Assembly: GCA_964016885.1 (NCBI GenBank)
Contig: OZ024743.1
Location: 271,870,001-271,934,000, forward strand
Direction of reading: 5' to 3'
From: Eledone cirrhosa
Taxonomy: Eukaryota
DNA: 64,000 nt
Part shown: one piece after another, positions 20,975 to 33,339 of the stretch
How the letters are laid out: each line of letters starts with the position of its first letter
How positions within the stretch are numbered: the first letter of the stretch is position 1
Made by a program: the position numbers and the translations under genes
The notes under the pieces: generated by a model
Told to the model about the DNA's origin: nothing
The model's database searches: none
What the model saw: only the letters and a program-made list of their open reading frames with translations

Positions 20975-23900
20975 AAATGAATATGAATCCGCAAGCAACC
21001 AAACACCCATGCAAAGCTTTAATCCAGAGACAGGAAGCATACAAGCCCCACAAAATTTCACCCCATCCTATGAGCGATGGCAAATGTCCACAACTCTGAG
21101 TTGGGACCATCAATGTAAGTACAATGAAAGGAAGAGCTGGAGAAATTGTAGAGATGCTAGATCGAAAAGAAAATGATGTATGCTGTGTGCAAGCGACTAG
21201 ATGGAGAGGAGACTTTGCTAGAGTCCTTGTAGGCAAAAGTCAATGCTACAATTTTTTCTGGGTGGGAAATGACAACGGGATGGGAGGGGTAGGTATACTA
21301 TTAGTTGACAAATGGGTTGATAAGGTAATCTCAGTGAACAGGGTGAATGCAAGAATAATCAAACTCAGACTCGTCCTGAATAAAACAATTGCCACAATAG
21401 TGTCAGCTTACGCACCCCAATCAGGGTTGCAGGCGAACTTAAGCATAGGTTTTATGAGTCCCTAATGCACACTACTGCCCTAACAAGCGACAATAACTTC
21501 CTAATCATTGCAGGAGATTTTAACGGACACATTGGTAAACACCGTGATGGCTTCTATAGAGTCCATAGAGGCCACGGGTTTGGCAAAAGAAATGAAGAAG
21601 GCTTCAGGCTTCTGGAATTCTGCGATGCCAATGACATGTCAATATGTAACACAAACTTCAAAAAACCCGACAAACATTTGATCACCTATAGATCAGGGGA
21701 GCATTCTAGTCAGATAGATTTTATCCTCATCAGAGGGCATGATAGATGGATGGTTGTAAACACAAAAGCCTTCCCTGGTGAGGAATATACCTCCCAACAT
21801 AACTTAGTTGTCAGCGACCTCGCTGTCAAAACTAGACGAACTTGGAAACAGAAGGCAACCTGGAGAAGAAAGATCTGGAAGCTGAAAGAGCCCTCAGTCA
21901 GTAACAGGTTTTAAAATATTCTACTCGACGCCTATGACAGTAAAGAAGAACAGATAGAGACATCCAATGTAGAAGAGCACTGGGGGTTCTTAAAAAATAA
22001 CTTACTAAAGGCGACGACAAGATCTGTGGTTGGAGCAAGTCCACAGAGAGGAGGAGAGTGACTTGGTGGTGGAACAATAAGGTAGATGAGGCAGTTAAGG
22101 CTAAGAGACAGGCATGGAAAGAATGTAAGAATGGAGGTAACAGGATACATTACATAGAGACCAGGAGGCAAGCTAGGCGACAAGCATACTTAGCTAGAAA
22201 GAAAGCAGAGGATAGAAAATTCGAGCAAGTTTTACAACATGAGGACCAGAAACAGGAGGTATTCAAGATTGCGAGGCAGTTTGTCAGAGAGAATTGTGAT
22301 GTCATTGGAGAGAAGTGTACCCGGAATGATAATGGTGAGCTTATTCTCACAAGTGCCGAGAAGAAAGCTGCATGGAAGAGCCATTATGAACGATTACGAA
22401 ACGAGGAGAATGCATGAGAAAAAGAAACCTTACCCCAAGTGGACCCTATAGAGGGGCCAGCAGTACAAGTCAGCAGCAGCATAGTAAGTAAGACAATCAA
22501 AGATATGAAGACAGGGAAGGCAACCGGTCCATCGGGTATAGCTGCTGAGATGCTAAGGCATCTGGGTCGGTAGGTGACACCATAACCACACAAATTGTTA
22601 ACTACTACAAAGGTAAAGGTGATGCACTCGATAGAGGAAACTATAGAGGTATAAAGCTGATGGACCAGGTCATGAAAGTAACGGAAAGAGTTATAGCACA
22701 GTTGATTAGGGACAGGGTGAAACTAGATGAGATGCAATTTCGGTTTGTACCAAGAAAAGGCACCACTGATGCCCTCTTCCTTGTGAGGCAGTTACAGAAA
22801 AAGTACCTAGCTAAAAGTAAGCCGTTCTACCTGGCATTTGTCGATCTGGAAAAAAACCTTCGACAGAGTCCCCCGTGCTATAATCTGGTGGGCTCTTAGA
22901 AAATTAGGAGTAGATGAATGGCTTGTGAAATAGAGGAGCAGTCAGTAAAGTTAGGGTTAGCAATGGCTATAGCAAGGAATTTAGCATACAGGTCGGTATC
23001 CACCAGGGCTCTGTTCTTAGCCCTCTCCTGTTCATTATAATTTAGCAGGCAATAAAGGAGTATTTTAAGACCGGATGCCCATGGGAACTCCTATATGCAG
23101 ATGATCTCGCACGTATAGCTGAATCTATGGTGGAACTAGAGAAGAAATTCCAAACATGGAAGCAGGGACTAGAAAGAAAGGGTCTCAAAGTCAACCTGAC
23201 AAATACTAGGGTTCTTGTAAGTAGATGAGAAAACAGAACCCAGATCCCCCCAGGGAAATGGCCTTACTCAGTATGTAGGAAAGGTGTAGGTAGGAACTCT
23301 ATCCTCTGCCCCAAATGCAAACAATGGGTACACAAGAGATGTAGTGGGATCTCAGGAAGCTTAACTAAGAATGTAGGCTTCATATGTAGCAGCTGCGCTG
23401 GGACAGCAAGCAGCAAACGACCACAGGAAACAAGCAGCGGAGGTGGGTGTTCTGAAAGTACAATAACTAGGGTAAGAACGGGATGGAAGAAGTTCAGGGA
23501 GCTACTGCCACTGCTAGCTGCAAAAGGTTTTTTCCTCAAAATGAAAGGCAGACTGTATGATGCGTGTATACGAACAGCAATGTTACATGGTAGTGAGACC
23601 TGGGCGCTGTCTGTAGAAGATTTGCATAGATTAGAAAGAAATGAAGCTTGCATGTTCCGATGGATGTGTAATAGTAATATACGTGAACGGCAAAGCATAA
23701 ACGAATTGAGAGAGAGACTGAGCATAAGAGGAATCAAATGCTGTGTGCAGGAGAGAAGGTTACGTTGGTATGGACATGTGATGCGTATGAAGGATGACAG
23801 CTGCATAAAAAGGTGCAGAGCAGTAGAAGTCGATGGAAGCCGCGGAGTGGAGGAGACCCAAGAAGAGCTGGGATGAGGTGATAAAGGCCAACCTTACCAA

Positions 23901-24010
23901 ATTGCACCTCTAAAGGCTCTAAAGGGCAATGAGACACAACCGTGACCTCTGGCGTCACACAGTAATACAGAAGACCGACCTCCCACAGGAACAAGCTGAA
24001 GCATATAGAC
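20975..24010 (+). mobile_element. Near full-length RTE-clade LINE, pseudogenised (APE endonuclease + RT + Cys-rich insert)
   Basis: GTINV, SAYAPQ, IAGDFNGHIG, SQIDFIL, SQHNLV (APE); KGKGDALDRGNYRGIKL, FVDLEK, HQGSVLSP, YADD (RT); HGSETW, RLRWYGHV. Many stops and frameshifts. Confidence 0.9.
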
Positions 24011-24155
24011 AATATATCCATATTGGTACAATCACCAGATATTCACTGAATCACATTCACTATACATACATATATGTACATACATAGCTATATATATATA
24101 TTTATATACATACACACACACACACATATAAATATATATATATATATATATATAT

Positions 24156-24197
24156 TACAAGCTGAGGATCCGCTAAGGTGAAACAATTGTTCTCGGT
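24156..24197 (+). ncRNA. Minimal hammerhead-like motif in an ~70-bp island between (TA)n runs
   Basis: CTGAGGA-t-cc gctaa gg-t-GAAA-caattg-TT; palindromic stem III; stem I imperfect. Confidence 0.55.
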
Positions 24198-24223
24198 ATG
24201 GTGAACTAACTGTTGTGTAACCA

Positions 24224-24286
<63 letters not shown>

Positions 24287-24295
<9 letters not shown>

Positions 24296-24837
24296 TAAAA
24301 AAATAATGAATAAAACAATGAAACAGTTCCTTATATTAAACAAAAAAAGTTCATTATTTAACGATCGTTTCTAGGATATATATGTGTTAGAATTAGCATG
24401 CATATTCAACAGATCTATGTACAAAATTATACAAAATTATACAAACTATCAAAATTAAATATACATACCAACACATATATATGCCATCTTCAGGATTATT
24501 TCTGAAGATGGCATATATATGTGTTGGTATGTATATTTAATTTTGATAGTTTGTATAATTTTGTATAATTTTGTACATAGATCTGTTGAATATGCATGCC
24601 AATTCTAACACATATATATCCTAGAAACGATCGTTAAATAATGAACTTTTTTTGTTTAATATAAGGAACTGTTTCATTGTTTTATTCATTATTTTTTTAA
24701 TATTTTATCTTGACTCTGTATTCCGTTTATTTTTCACCGAAAGTGATATTTCATTGCATCTCTTCTTTCCATGATATCCGGATTACATTGAGTTCTTCAT
24801 ACGGATTGGACACTACCGTAAACTCTTGGTAGATTTA

Positions 24838-24840
<3 letters not shown>
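24287..24840. mobile_element. Fold-back PLE pLTR remnant in (TA)n
   Basis: 207-bp arms (24287-24493 / 24502-24708), 8-bp spacer, one mismatch seen, ~130-bp unique right extension, (TA)n on both sides. Confidence 0.8.
24495..24642 (+). ncRNA. Hammerhead ribozyme with greatly extended stem/loop II
   Basis: attattt-CTGAAGA-tgg.atatatatgtgtt...aacacatatatat.cc.ta-GAAA-cgatcg-TT-aaataat; perfect 7-bp stem I. Confidence 0.72.
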
Positions 24841-24884
<44 letters not shown>

Positions 24885-26787
24885 GTGTGTGTGTGTGTGT
24901 GTGTGTATATATACATACATACATACATATATATATATATAGATATAGATAGGTAAATATACACGGGTGTGTATGATTGTGTATAGAAGATTATATTAAT
25001 AAGAGGAATTCCAACTTTGTCTGATTTACTCGTTTTATTTACAATCCTTTAAAATATATATAATATGGTATTATAATGAAATAGTATGATAGAATATTAA
25101 ATTCTAAGTGTTAATTGAACAAGTACTTTCATGCTTTCGCAATCTTCAGGTTCATGATATGTGGTGACAGTCGAGTTTGCAATTTTCAACTGTAATGAGA
25201 TGGGTAAATTTACTACCTTTTATACATTTTATACAGAGAAAAGTGGCTCCAGAATGCAAAGCCCTGTAAACTGTATTTCGACCAATCAGTGTGTAGTTTC
25301 ACTGAATTACTACAGCTGATTGGTTTAAGCGTCACGGCTGGTTGAGCATGCTAACGACCAATAGTCATACCCAACGTATCAATTGTTTTGCTTTTTGAAA
25401 TGATGAAAATAGCATTTTCTATTAATCATCACCATCAACATCACTTTTATTATTATTATTATTGTTGTTGTTGTTGTTGTTAGTGGTCGTGGTCATAGTG
25501 GTAGTAGAAGTAATACCCCTAGGCGTTATTATTGTTCATTTAGCTTGGGTTTGAATTTATCAATAAAATTCTTTTGTTTGATTTTTCTCTTGATTTCACT
25601 TGGGCTGTGTAATTTATAGAATGGGAATATTATAAATATTCCCTGACCACATGTTGCCAGGTGGCCGCTTAGGTGTATCTGACGGACATTTGGGTCTCTG
25701 ATTTGTTGACGGTGTACCCGTGCACGTTCCGATAGTGCATTTCCAGTTTGACCAACATATAGTTCTTCACAATTCGGGCATTTAATGCAGTAAATTAGAT
25801 TTCTGCTTTTGCAGTTCATATTTGCATTTGGGAATTACAGAAATTGCAGGAGAACCAGAAGAAGAAACAAAACTCCGATGGGAACTTACATTGACAAAAT
25901 TCAGGACCGACATCTCCATTTCTGAATGTAAATAATCCCGCTACAAAGCCAAATATGAAGCTATTGATGACGAAATTGAAGTTGAAATTTCAAAGCTAAC
26001 GACTGAAAAACTACGAGAACTATGGATCGGAGATATCTCAAAAGAAGAAAACAAATCAAGAAAGGTATGGCAGCAGAAACAATTATTTCTCGATGAATAT
26101 GCTGCAAATTACGGTAAAGACTCTGGAACCCTGAGAAAAAGCATTAAAAGTGGACAATCACATCAACACAACATACGCCAGAACACGTACCAACACAAAC
26201 ACTCACCTTACCTTGAATCAAAGAAGAACTACGGTAATAACTCTTCGCTTTTTCTACAAAAACACCCTATCGCACACAACATGAACAAAAAGCACAAACA
26301 CGATAGGTATTCCTTTGACCAGACCATGAGAAGTAGTAAAACCAGGAGATCATTCTCAAGATCTCAACAGAGACTACCAACAAGGAATGTGGAAACAAAA
26401 CGTAGAATAACCAGATCACTCTCAAGATCTCAACAGAGATTGCCCACAAGAAACTGGACGAAAAAACGATCTAAACCTGAAAGCAAACCTAGGTCATTTT
26501 CCCAGATTGTTAAAAATAATGCTAACAGGAAGAAAAATAATATACAGAATACCAAAAATAGGACAAAATATATAACGAAACCAAATATAATATCACGACC
26601 AAAAGTTCATCAAGCGAACACCAACAGGAATATAAATCCTGAACAGAGAAAAATTCATTTTTTAACGTCAGGACAACAAAAACCGGAAAAAGAAAAACTC
26701 CAGGAGGAAACATACCCAAAACGTAGATCCTAAAACGTAGATCCTAAAATAATTAATTTATCTAAAAGAGATCTTGACAATGATGAA

Positions 26788-28965
26788 ATGCAAATTCTGT
26801 CAAAAGGACTGAAATTCACACCGACTCCAACAGTCAACCACCAAGAACTGAAGGAGGATACCCAAGAATTCTGTCGAAAATTACGTCTTGTAGAATTCTT
26901 CGCTAATGAGAGTGATGAATCACTAGTAAAGAATAAATCAAATTTCACTCCGCCAAAAGGAAGAAATATTTATCTCGACCAATACATTGACATCCTGTCT
27001 AAATTTCCTCTTAGACATAATACTAATGTTAGGCCAAACATTAACAAATCAGAAATGTCTGCACTTAAACGTATACAAAATGATAAAACAATAATAATTA
27101 AAGAAGCAGATAAAGGGGGTGCCGTTGTTATAATGGATACTGAATACTACAAGGATTTGGTTGAGGAACAACTGAAAGACACAACATTCTATCATGAAAT
27201 ACCGTCAAATATAGACCACAACATTATGAAGAAGATCAACAACCTGGCTTCAAAATACCACAACTCATTTACTGATAAGGAAAGAGACTACATCACCAAT
27301 TTTGAGCCGAAACCCAGCAACCTGTATGGCCTACCGAAAGTTCACAAGTCAAAAGAAATACAACTGGCAGTAAGAGAACAAAACAGTGAGTACATTAAAT
27401 TATTACACCCAAAAGACTTAAAACTTAGACCTATTATAGCTGGTCCAACATGCCCCACTCACCGTCTAAGCAATTTTGTTGACATTATTTTGAAACCACT
27501 ATGTATTCACATACCCAGTTTCATCCGGGATGATATCGACTTCCTGTCCCATCTTCCCAAAACCACGGAAACGAATTCACTTCTACTCAGTTTTGATGTG
27601 GTAAGCCTTTACACCAACATTACACATGATTTAGGAATAAAGGCGGTTAAATACTGGGTGGAAGAACATAGAGAGGTGATTCCCATTAGATTCACAGCGC
27701 CATTTATATTAGACGCAGTTAAACTTATTCTGGAAAACAACACTTTCTTCTTCAATGGAAAGAATTACATCCAAATTAGAGGCACAGCTATGGGAACGAA
27801 GTTTGCTCCCGTTTACGCGAACTCTGTAATGGGATACTTAGAACAACAACTCTACCAAGAAATAGAGGAAAAATATAGTACTGACTTTAGAAAGTACATT
27901 GAAAAATCTTGGAAGAGATACCTTGACGACTGTTTCATCATCTGGACAGAATCTCTAGATACTCTGGATGAGTTCAATATCCTCCTGAATAACCTACACC
28001 CATCTCTCCAATTCACAAAAGAGATGAGTAGGACCAAATTACCATTCCTAGATATAATGATAATCAAAAACGACACCACCATTACCACGGATATATATTA
28101 TAAACACACAGACACCCATCAATATCTGAATTTTAAGTCGTGCCATCGACCTCATACAAAACGCAACATCCCATACTGCCTAGCCAGAAGAATTTGTACC
28201 ATTGTAGAAGATACGAATACCAGGTACAAACGCCTAACAGAACTAAGAGAATTTTTGCTCAAACAAAAATACCCATCTCTACTTATAGAAAATGGCATAC
28301 AGCGGGCTATAAAAATACCTATACAACAACTTAGAACAACCCAAGGAAGAAGAAACCAAGAACTGGTCATACCAGTTATAATGACACACAACCCATGTCA
28401 TCAGAATATATTCAACACTGCCAAAGCAAACCTACTGATCATTGCTCAAAGTAATGAATTAAAAGGCTTAATCACAGATCGATCTTTGACTCTTAGTAAA
28501 AGACAGCCAAAAAATTTGAAGCAATTGCTAACAAAAGCAAAGTTTGACCTTAACAACAAAGACCAATCATTCACTGTATCTAAATGCAATGATAATCGAT
28601 GCGGCACATGTCAATCCATACACGCCGGTCAATATATGAAAACAAAAACTGGAAAAATATTCCCAAATGCAAATATGAACTGCAAAAGCAGAAATCTAAT
28701 TTACTGCATTAAATGCCCGAATTGTGAAGAACTATATGTCGGTCAAACTGGAAATGCACTATTGGAACGTGCACGGGTACACCGTCAACAAATCAGAGAC
28801 CCAAATGTCCGTCAGATACCCCTAAGCGGCCACCTGGCAACATGTGGTCAGGGAATATTTATAATATTCCCATTCTATAAATTACACAGCCCAAGTGAAA
28901 TCAAGAGAAAAATCAAACAAAAGAATTTTATTGATAAATCCAAACCCAAGCTAAATGAACAATAA
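26788..28965 (+). CDS. PLE reverse transcriptase + GIY-YIG endonuclease (725 aa open; true start probably upstream)
   Basis: KGLKFTP, EADKGG, LYGLPKVHK, LRPII, SFDVVSLYTNI, GTAMGT, RYLDD, FLD (RT); CNDNRCGTC linker; LIYCIKCPNC..LYVGQT..R..H (GIY-YIG). Confidence 0.92.
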   Translation: MQILSKGLKFTPTPTVNHQELKEDTQEFCRKLRLVEFFANESDESLVKNKSNFTPPKGRNIYLDQYIDILSKFPLRHNTNVRPNINKSEMSALKRIQNDKTIIIKEADKGGAVVIMDTEYYKDLVEEQLKDTTFYHEIPSNIDHNIMKKINNLASKYHNSFTDKERDYITNFEPKPSNLYGLPKVHKSKEIQLAVREQNSEYIKLLHPKDLKLRPIIAGPTCPTHRLSNFVDIILKPLCIHIPSFIRDDIDFLSHLPKTTETNSLLLSFDVVSLYTNITHDLGIKAVKYWVEEHREVIPIRFTAPFILDAVKLILENNTFFFNGKNYIQIRGTAMGTKFAPVYANSVMGYLEQQLYQEIEEKYSTDFRKYIEKSWKRYLDDCFIIWTESLDTLDEFNILLNNLHPSLQFTKEMSRTKLPFLDIMIIKNDTTITTDIYYKHTDTHQYLNFKSCHRPHTKRNIPYCLARRICTIVEDTNTRYKRLTELREFLLKQKYPSLLIENGIQRAIKIPIQQLRTTQGRRNQELVIPVIMTHNPCHQNIFNTAKANLLIIAQSNELKGLITDRSLTLSKRQPKNLKQLLTKAKFDLNNKDQSFTVSKCNDNRCGTCQSIHAGQYMKTKTGKIFPNANMNCKSRNLIYCIKCPNCEELYVGQTGNALLERARVHRQQIRDPNVRQIPLSGHLATCGQGIFIIFPFYKLHSPSEIKRKIKQKNFIDKSKPKLNEQ

Positions 28966-29339
28966 TAACGCCTAGGGGTATTACTTCTACTACCACTATG
29001 ACCACGACCACTAACAACAACAACAACAACAATAATAATAATAATAAAAGTGATGTTGATGGTGATGATTAATAGAAAATGCTATTTTCATCATTTCAAA
29101 AAGCAAAACAATTGATACGTTGGGTATGACTATTGGTCGTTAGCATGCTCAACCAGCCGTGACGCTTAAACCAATCAGCTGTAGTAATTCAGTGAAACTA
29201 CACACTGATTGGTCGAAATACAGTTTACAGGGCTTTGCATTCTGGAGCCACTTTTCTCTGTATAAAATGTATAAAAGGTAGTAAATTTACCCATCTCATT
29301 ACAGTTGAAAATTGCAAACTCGACTGTCACCACATATCA

Positions 29340-29378
29340 TGAACCTGAAGATTGCGAAAGCATGAAAGTACTTGTTCA
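29340..29378 (+). ncRNA. Minimal type I hammerhead ribozyme in the PLE pLTR (inverted copy at 25116-25154)
   Basis: tgaac-CTGAAGA-t-tgc GAAA gca-t-GAAA-gtac-TT-gttca: 5-bp stem I, GNRA-capped stem II, palindromic stem III. Confidence 0.85.
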
Positions 29379-29494
29379 ATTAACACTTAGAATTTAATAT
29401 TCTATCATACTATTTCATTATAATACCATATTATATATATTTTAAAGGATTGTAAATAAAACGAGTAAATCAGACAAAGTTGGAATTCCTCTTA

Positions 29495-29539
<45 letters not shown>

Positions 29540-29543
<4 letters not shown>

Positions 29544-30700
29544 ATAATAATAAATTTGAAGATTAAAATCCAAAGAGGGCTCGATAAGGATAAATATATA
29601 TCAAATATATAAGAACCGTAGAGCAAATATTTATTAAAATAACAGATTAAAGTTTAAGCAAAGAATCGCTGATTTCACCCTTAACGGGATCTTCTGAAAC
29701 TAACAAAGTCAATCTGTAAACGCAGAACTGGATATTTCAAAAAACGCTACAACCGGAGGAAGACAGGAAAACGATACTTTGGTTCGTGGAAACGTTCACT
29801 GGCAAAGAACGGGAAAAAACGAATATAACACGTCATTAATAGGAGCGGTGAAAAACAATTACGCGCAAAGACAGAACCACGTTTATGGTATAAAAGAGGT
29901 CGTAGACTAATGTTCTCTTAGGTGGTGCATAGAGACGTTCTCTGGCAATGAACGAAAAAACGAAGATAATACGTCATATGTGGAGCGTGGAGAACAATAG
30001 CACGCAAAGACAAAACCACGTAAATGGTATAGCAGAAGTCGTAGACTAAAATTCTAACTAGGAGACCAAATGAATCTCCGCTACAGAGTTAAGAACAAAG
30101 TAAATAAATACAATACAGAAGTAATAGAAATAAATAAATACATACACGCAAACAAATACGTACATACACAAGCATACGCAAAAACTTACCATAGGTATAC
30201 AAAACCACGCACATATAAATATGTGTGTGTGTATGCGTGTATACAAATAAATAAATAATTATATAAACGTATATAAATAAATAAATACGTATATAACAAG
30301 CGCACACACGTACCTACATATAAATACACGAATGTTCGGAGACGTAAGTCAACCAAAACAGGAAGTACACATATACACACACCCACCAAACTTACGAACC
30401 TGCATACTCGCACAGACGCAAAACTCCCGTATACACATAGCCAAACCATATGTACCAGAATAAATAAAATTATACGCCATAACAATCAAATATACGTACA
30501 TATATACGTACATATATATACGTATATATTTTACCCGTATGTTTTGTGAAGGTACGTATACCTTCTCGTACGTATATTTGATTGTTATGGCGTATAATTT
30601 TTGTTAGTTGACTTTGTTAGTTTCAGAAGATCCCGTTAAGGGTGAAAGCAGCGATTCTTTGCTTAAACTTTAATCTGTTATTTTAATAAATATATATATA
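29540..30700 (-). mobile_element. PLE-like 3' remnant with ~85-bp terminal inverted repeat
   Basis: 29630-29712 is the reverse complement of ~30608-30690; hammerhead-like CAGAAGA-tccc gttaa gggt-GAAA; flanked by (TA)n; internal palindrome 30467-30600. Confidence 0.6.
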
Positions 30701-31048
30701 TGTATGTATATATATATTAGTATTGGTTCTCTGTAATAACGATGTATACATGAATGTGTGTATAGTATATTTGGAAATACACTGTATGTTTAATTATAAA
30801 TATTTTGAAGACCATTCTCTATGGGTTTTAAAGTAGTGACTATGTCACTTACTTATTCTCAGCAAAAGCAAAGAAGAGTGATCGACAGTCCTGTTTCTCG
30901 CTCGTTGGCGTTTATTCAACCACTCACTCTTTTGCTTCTTCCGAAAGTTATAGAAGTTGGATTCTTATAGAATTCCAGTAATGTTTAAGAGCTGATTAAA
31001 CAGAGCAGTTGCCGGTCCAGCCAAAATTTAACTATTATTTATTAATCC

Positions 31049-31590
<542 letters not shown>

Positions 31591-33055
31591 TATATATATA
31601 TATATATAGAAGTTTATCTGGTGTTCAATCGGGGGTAACCACAGTAAGTAAGGTACTCAATACATAGCAGAGTATAAATATTTAACATAGAAATGGCTTC
31701 TACAAGACTAGAACTGTTTCATTTGGAAGAAATCATCAGGAAGTCCTGATTTCTCCCAAATGAAATAGTTCTAGACCTGTAGAAGCCATTTCTATATTAA
31801 ATATATATATATATATAAATTACACTTTGTCTAATACAACCTCAAGGTACATACTGGAAACTACGTTACAATCCCTAAACTATATATCTATAGGGTAAAA
31901 GTAAAGACCCCCTTCAGTCACAAATGACCATGGGATAGAAAGTTCCCCTCCGAGGCACAAATCCGGGCGATGTTGTTTGTGGAAGACCAGCTGTCGGCCC
32001 TGCATACCAGTCTCCCATCTCTACGTCACCGATGTTTTCCAAAGGCCAGTACAGCTAGGCGCCAGTGACGTCACAATTCATTTCTACAGCTGTGTGAACT
32101 GGAACAACATGAACAAATTTAATTTTTAAATAATCTAGAATTTATTAAGGTAAAAAAAAAATGAATAAGCTCTTCGTTATCCTGCAGGGGTTAGCTTTGC
32201 CTTTCAACCTTATGGGGTCAATAAAATAAAGTAACAGTAATGCACTGAGGTTTGATTTAATCAACTTTTCCCTCCCCCAAAAATTGTTGGCCTTGTGCCT
32301 AAATAAGCCCTCCATTATTAAGCTATATGAAGGTGTTTGGCTTACTGGTTAGGATATTTGTCTCCCAATCATAAGGTCACAAATTCCATTCCTACTGGTA
32401 TGGTGTGTCTTTGAGCAACAAAGTATATTTCATGCTGCTTCAGTTCAATCAGCTGGTAGGAGTGAGTTGTACCTGTAATTCAAAGGGCCAGCCTTGTCAG
32501 ATTGTGTGTTCTGCTGAAGCTTGCTAGAAACTACACTTTTGGTACATGTATCTGTGGAATGCTCAGTCACTTGCATGATAATTTCATGAGCAGGCTGCTC
32601 CATTTATTTTATCAACTGGAACACTTGTCAGAACTGACAAAACACCATCACACATACATAATATCAAGCTAAGTATTATTTGGAACATAACTTGATAGAA
32701 GGTTCTTGCATATGATTTTAAGAGCAGTTTTAGTTTTAAATTTAAATAAAATACTTTAAAATGGACATTTTTGTATCATGCTTGGGGCATATCCCAGAGA
32801 ATGGTTGCTTTGTCATTCTCTGATACCTTTTCTGGTGTGTGTCTGTTCCATCTTTTGCTTGTTGGTATTTCATAATGTTGGCATAATTTCCAGTGTAAGT
32901 TCATACTCTATAATGTCTGTGAAGGTATCCCTACTTTTGGAGAATTTGTTATGCTTCAATTTTTTTTAATGTTTATTTTTTTAGTCATCATTATAAACTT
33001 TTCTGTCGCACAAAAGACCCACACTGTACCTTCCTGTACCATCTTTATTGTCCTC

Positions 33056-33271
33056 TTAACCCTTTAGCATTTAAACTGGCTGTATCCAGTCAGAATTTTC
33101 TGATCTCTTTGTGGTCAAACTGGTTGTAACTGGCCACTCATACTCATGTTAAGGTATTGTTCTCAAAATAAATAACATCAAAATCTCATAGGTTCGATAT
33201 TATGTGAGATAAAGGCTTTACTGTGAAAATACAATAGTAAATATAGGGTAATGTAAATGCTAAAGGGTTAA
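33056..33271. mobile_element. piggyBac-like MITE inserted in an old L1/Tx1 3'UTR
   Basis: TTAA-CCCTTTAGCATTTA...TAAATGCTAAAGGG-TTAA; the flanks rejoin into an L1-like 3'UTR ending aataaagaaagc(att)n. Confidence 0.82.
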
Positions 33272-33339
33272 TGTAAGCCCTGCATGACTAATAAAGAAAG
33301 CATTATTATTATGATTACTATTATCATTATTGTTATTAT

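Larger units (their letters stand above)
24992..29502 (+). mobile_element. Penelope-like element (Neptune-type) with a 5' inverted copy of its 3' end
   Basis: 24992-25835 is the reverse complement of 28659-29502 with only a few mismatches; internal RT-GIY-YIG ORF; ends in (TA)n. Confidence 0.93.
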
